From: Azolla caroliniana | Taxonomy: Eukaryota; Plantae; Polypodiophyta | Direction of reading: 5' to 3' | DNA: 64,000 bases | Assembly: GCA_043228905.1 (NCBI GenBank) | Contig: JBHGNT010000017.1 | Location: 6,510,001-6,574,000, forward strand | Shown: positions 61,764-64,000 of the stretch, in pieces | Layout: every line of letters starts with the position of its first letter | Numbering within the stretch: position 1 is the first letter of the stretch | The notes under the pieces: model-generated | Database searches by the model: none | What the model was told of the DNA's origin: nothing | What the model saw: only the letters and a program-made list of their open reading frames with translations | Position numbers and translations under genes: made by a program

Positions 61764-64000
61764 TGTGAAGAAAAGCGCGGAATATTGTTTGGCCACAACC
61801 GAGTTTTGAATCACAGAAATGGGAAGTAGAGAGTACACAGAATATTTACGTGGAAAACCCTAATAGGGTAAAAAACCACAGGAGCCCATAGACTCCAAAC
61901 TATCACTACATGAGAAAGGTACAATTAGAGACTCAGAGGAAATGACCTCGAGCTCTGTTTCTTCGCCGAGCGGCGGTTACAACAGAGTATCACTCACTCT
62001 CTCTCTCTCTCTCTCTCTCTCTACACATTAGTTATACACATACAAAATATGACAACAATTACCAACACACAAAAGTGATTGGCCTAAGTCATATATATAC
62101 TTATATGAACTTAGGGCTATTTACAAATATAGCCTCAATAGGCTTACTCAAAACATATTTACAAGTATGTCTTCTCTTCCGGTTCTCACCGGGTCCTCTT
62201 CATTCATAACCGGATCCCATCCGGATGGACCGATTTCCAAACAATCTCCCCCTTCACTCTGGCATGGGATGTCTCGCAAGCCCGATCCGTTTTCGGCACG
62301 CATCCAGTTTGTTGGTTATCAACACCTTGGTTAGCATATCCGACCCGTTCTCCTCCATGTGGATCTTGGTCAGCACGAACTCTTGATCTTCTACTCTTTC
62401 TCGGATCCAGTGGTACCTCCGTTGGATATGTTTCGTCTGAGAATGGTAGATTGTGTTCTTTGCAAGGTGGATGGCACTTTGACTGCCGCAGTATAACCGA
62501 TATTCCTCCTGTTGGATCCCTAGCTCTCCGATGAAATCCTTCATCCAGATTATCTCCTTGCCGGCTTCTACAACTGCCATGTACTCCGCCTCTGTGGTTG
62601 ACAACGCAACCGTCTTCTGCAAACTTGACTGCCATGAAACAACTCCCCCTACATAACTCATGACATATCTAGATGTCGACCAGCTGGTGTCCGCATCAGC
62701 CGACATATCTGAATTTGTGAAACCATCGAGTTGGGGTTTTACGGAGCCAAACCGGAGGCACATACTCGAGGTGCCTTTCAGATACCGAAGTATCCACTTG
62801 ACCACGTTCCAGTGCTCTCTTCCGGGATTGCTCATGAACCGGCTCACCACTCCGACTACATATCCGATATCCGGCCGGGTGCATACCATCATGTACATCA
62901 AGCTCCCGACGGTAGAGGCATATGGTACCTTCATCATATCCGTCTTCTCTACCTTTGTCCTCGGGCTTTGTTTTTCGGATAGCTTGTAGTTTGCCGGAAG
63001 TGTCGATCCGACCGGTTTCGCCTCCGACATGTTGAACCGTTGAAGCACCTTTGTCACGTACTTCTCCAGTGACAATCACAACAGCTTCTTCGACTGGTCT
63101 CGGATGATGTGCATTCCCAATATCTGTCTTGCTAGCCCCAAGTCTTTCATTGAGAAGGTCCGGTTCAGAGCCTTCTTCAGCATCCGAATCTTGCCTTGGT
63201 CTCCTCCGATGATCAACCTATCATCCACATATAGGAGGAGTATCAGGAAATCTCCTCCATCAAATTTCTTCACAAACACACAATGATCGGCCTGCGTCTT
63301 GTGGTACCCTTGGACGGTCATGAAGGAGTCGAACTTCCGGTACCATTGCTGGGGAGCTTGCTTCAGTCCGTATAGGCTCTTCTTCAGTCGGCACACCAGG
63401 TCCTCCTTATCTTTCTTCTCAAATCCTTCCGGTTGATGCATGTAGATCTCTTCTTCGAGGTCGCCATGTAGGAATGTTGTCTTGACGTCCAGTTGCTCTA
63501 CCTTGAGGTCCATGGTTGCCGCTATGCCCAATACCGTCCGGATGGATGTCATCTTTACTACCGGGGCAAAGATCTCATCGAAATCCAATCCTTTCTTCTG
63601 CTGGAACCCCTTCACCACGATCCGGGCTTTGTATCTCGGTGGGTTTCCGACATCTCCCGGTTTTAGCTTGTACACCCAGTTGTTCCGGAGTGCCCTCTTT
63701 CCTTTCGCTAACTCTGTTAGTTCATATGTGTGGTTCTCATGCAGGGAATCCATCTCATCCTGCATGGCACTCAACCACTTGCGGTTGTCTCTCTTTGCTT
63801 CTTCGAAGCTTTCTGGCTCACCCCCATCGGTTAGCAACACGTGCTCTGCATCCGGAAATCTCCGGGGGGCTCTTCTCTCTCTGAGAGGATATCTTCTTCC
63901 TTGGTTTCTAACTACCGGTTCCTCCGTTTGTTCCTCATCCTCATCCGGCTTCTTCTTCTTCTTCTTCTTCTTCTTCTTCGGTCGGTTCTATTTCTTGTCT
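61764..64000 (-). mobile_element. Ty1/Copia element I (related to D): RT-RNase H, PPT and 3' LTR; continues beyond the window
   Basis: ORFs 63840-63076 and 63075-62254 share one frame with a TGA between them. PPT GAAGGGGGAGAT; LTR about 61764-62243 similar to D's LTR (outer boundary approximate). Confidence 0.88.

Overview
Land-plant nuclear DNA, probably from a seed-free plant such as a fern (inferred from the TE lineages and PPR style). Bases 1-36.8 kb are a nested transposon stack. Two related non-chromovirus Ty3/Gypsy elements (A inserted in B) each carry a homologous extra ORF after pol. B sits in a fungal-type Gypsy (C), and C sits just behind the stop codon of a GABA-transporter paralog. 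There are also Tnt1/Tork-like Copia elements: one intact with identical LTRs, one self-nested complex around an N gap, and two partial copies of a second family. A LINE is split by the intact Copia. Bases 36.9-54.4 kb hold a truncated GAT paralog, a SAC-phosphatase/PPR pseudogene mosaic, an intact 7-exon GAT1-like gene and a 2-exon OXS3-like gene. The most striking observation is that Gypsy A and B have no polypurine tract before their downstream LTR. Both instead carry a conserved bipartite copy of a tRNA-Arg 3' end, i.e. a primer-binding site on the strand opposite gag-pol. This suggests tRNA-primed plus-strand synthesis or an antisense-coded element.
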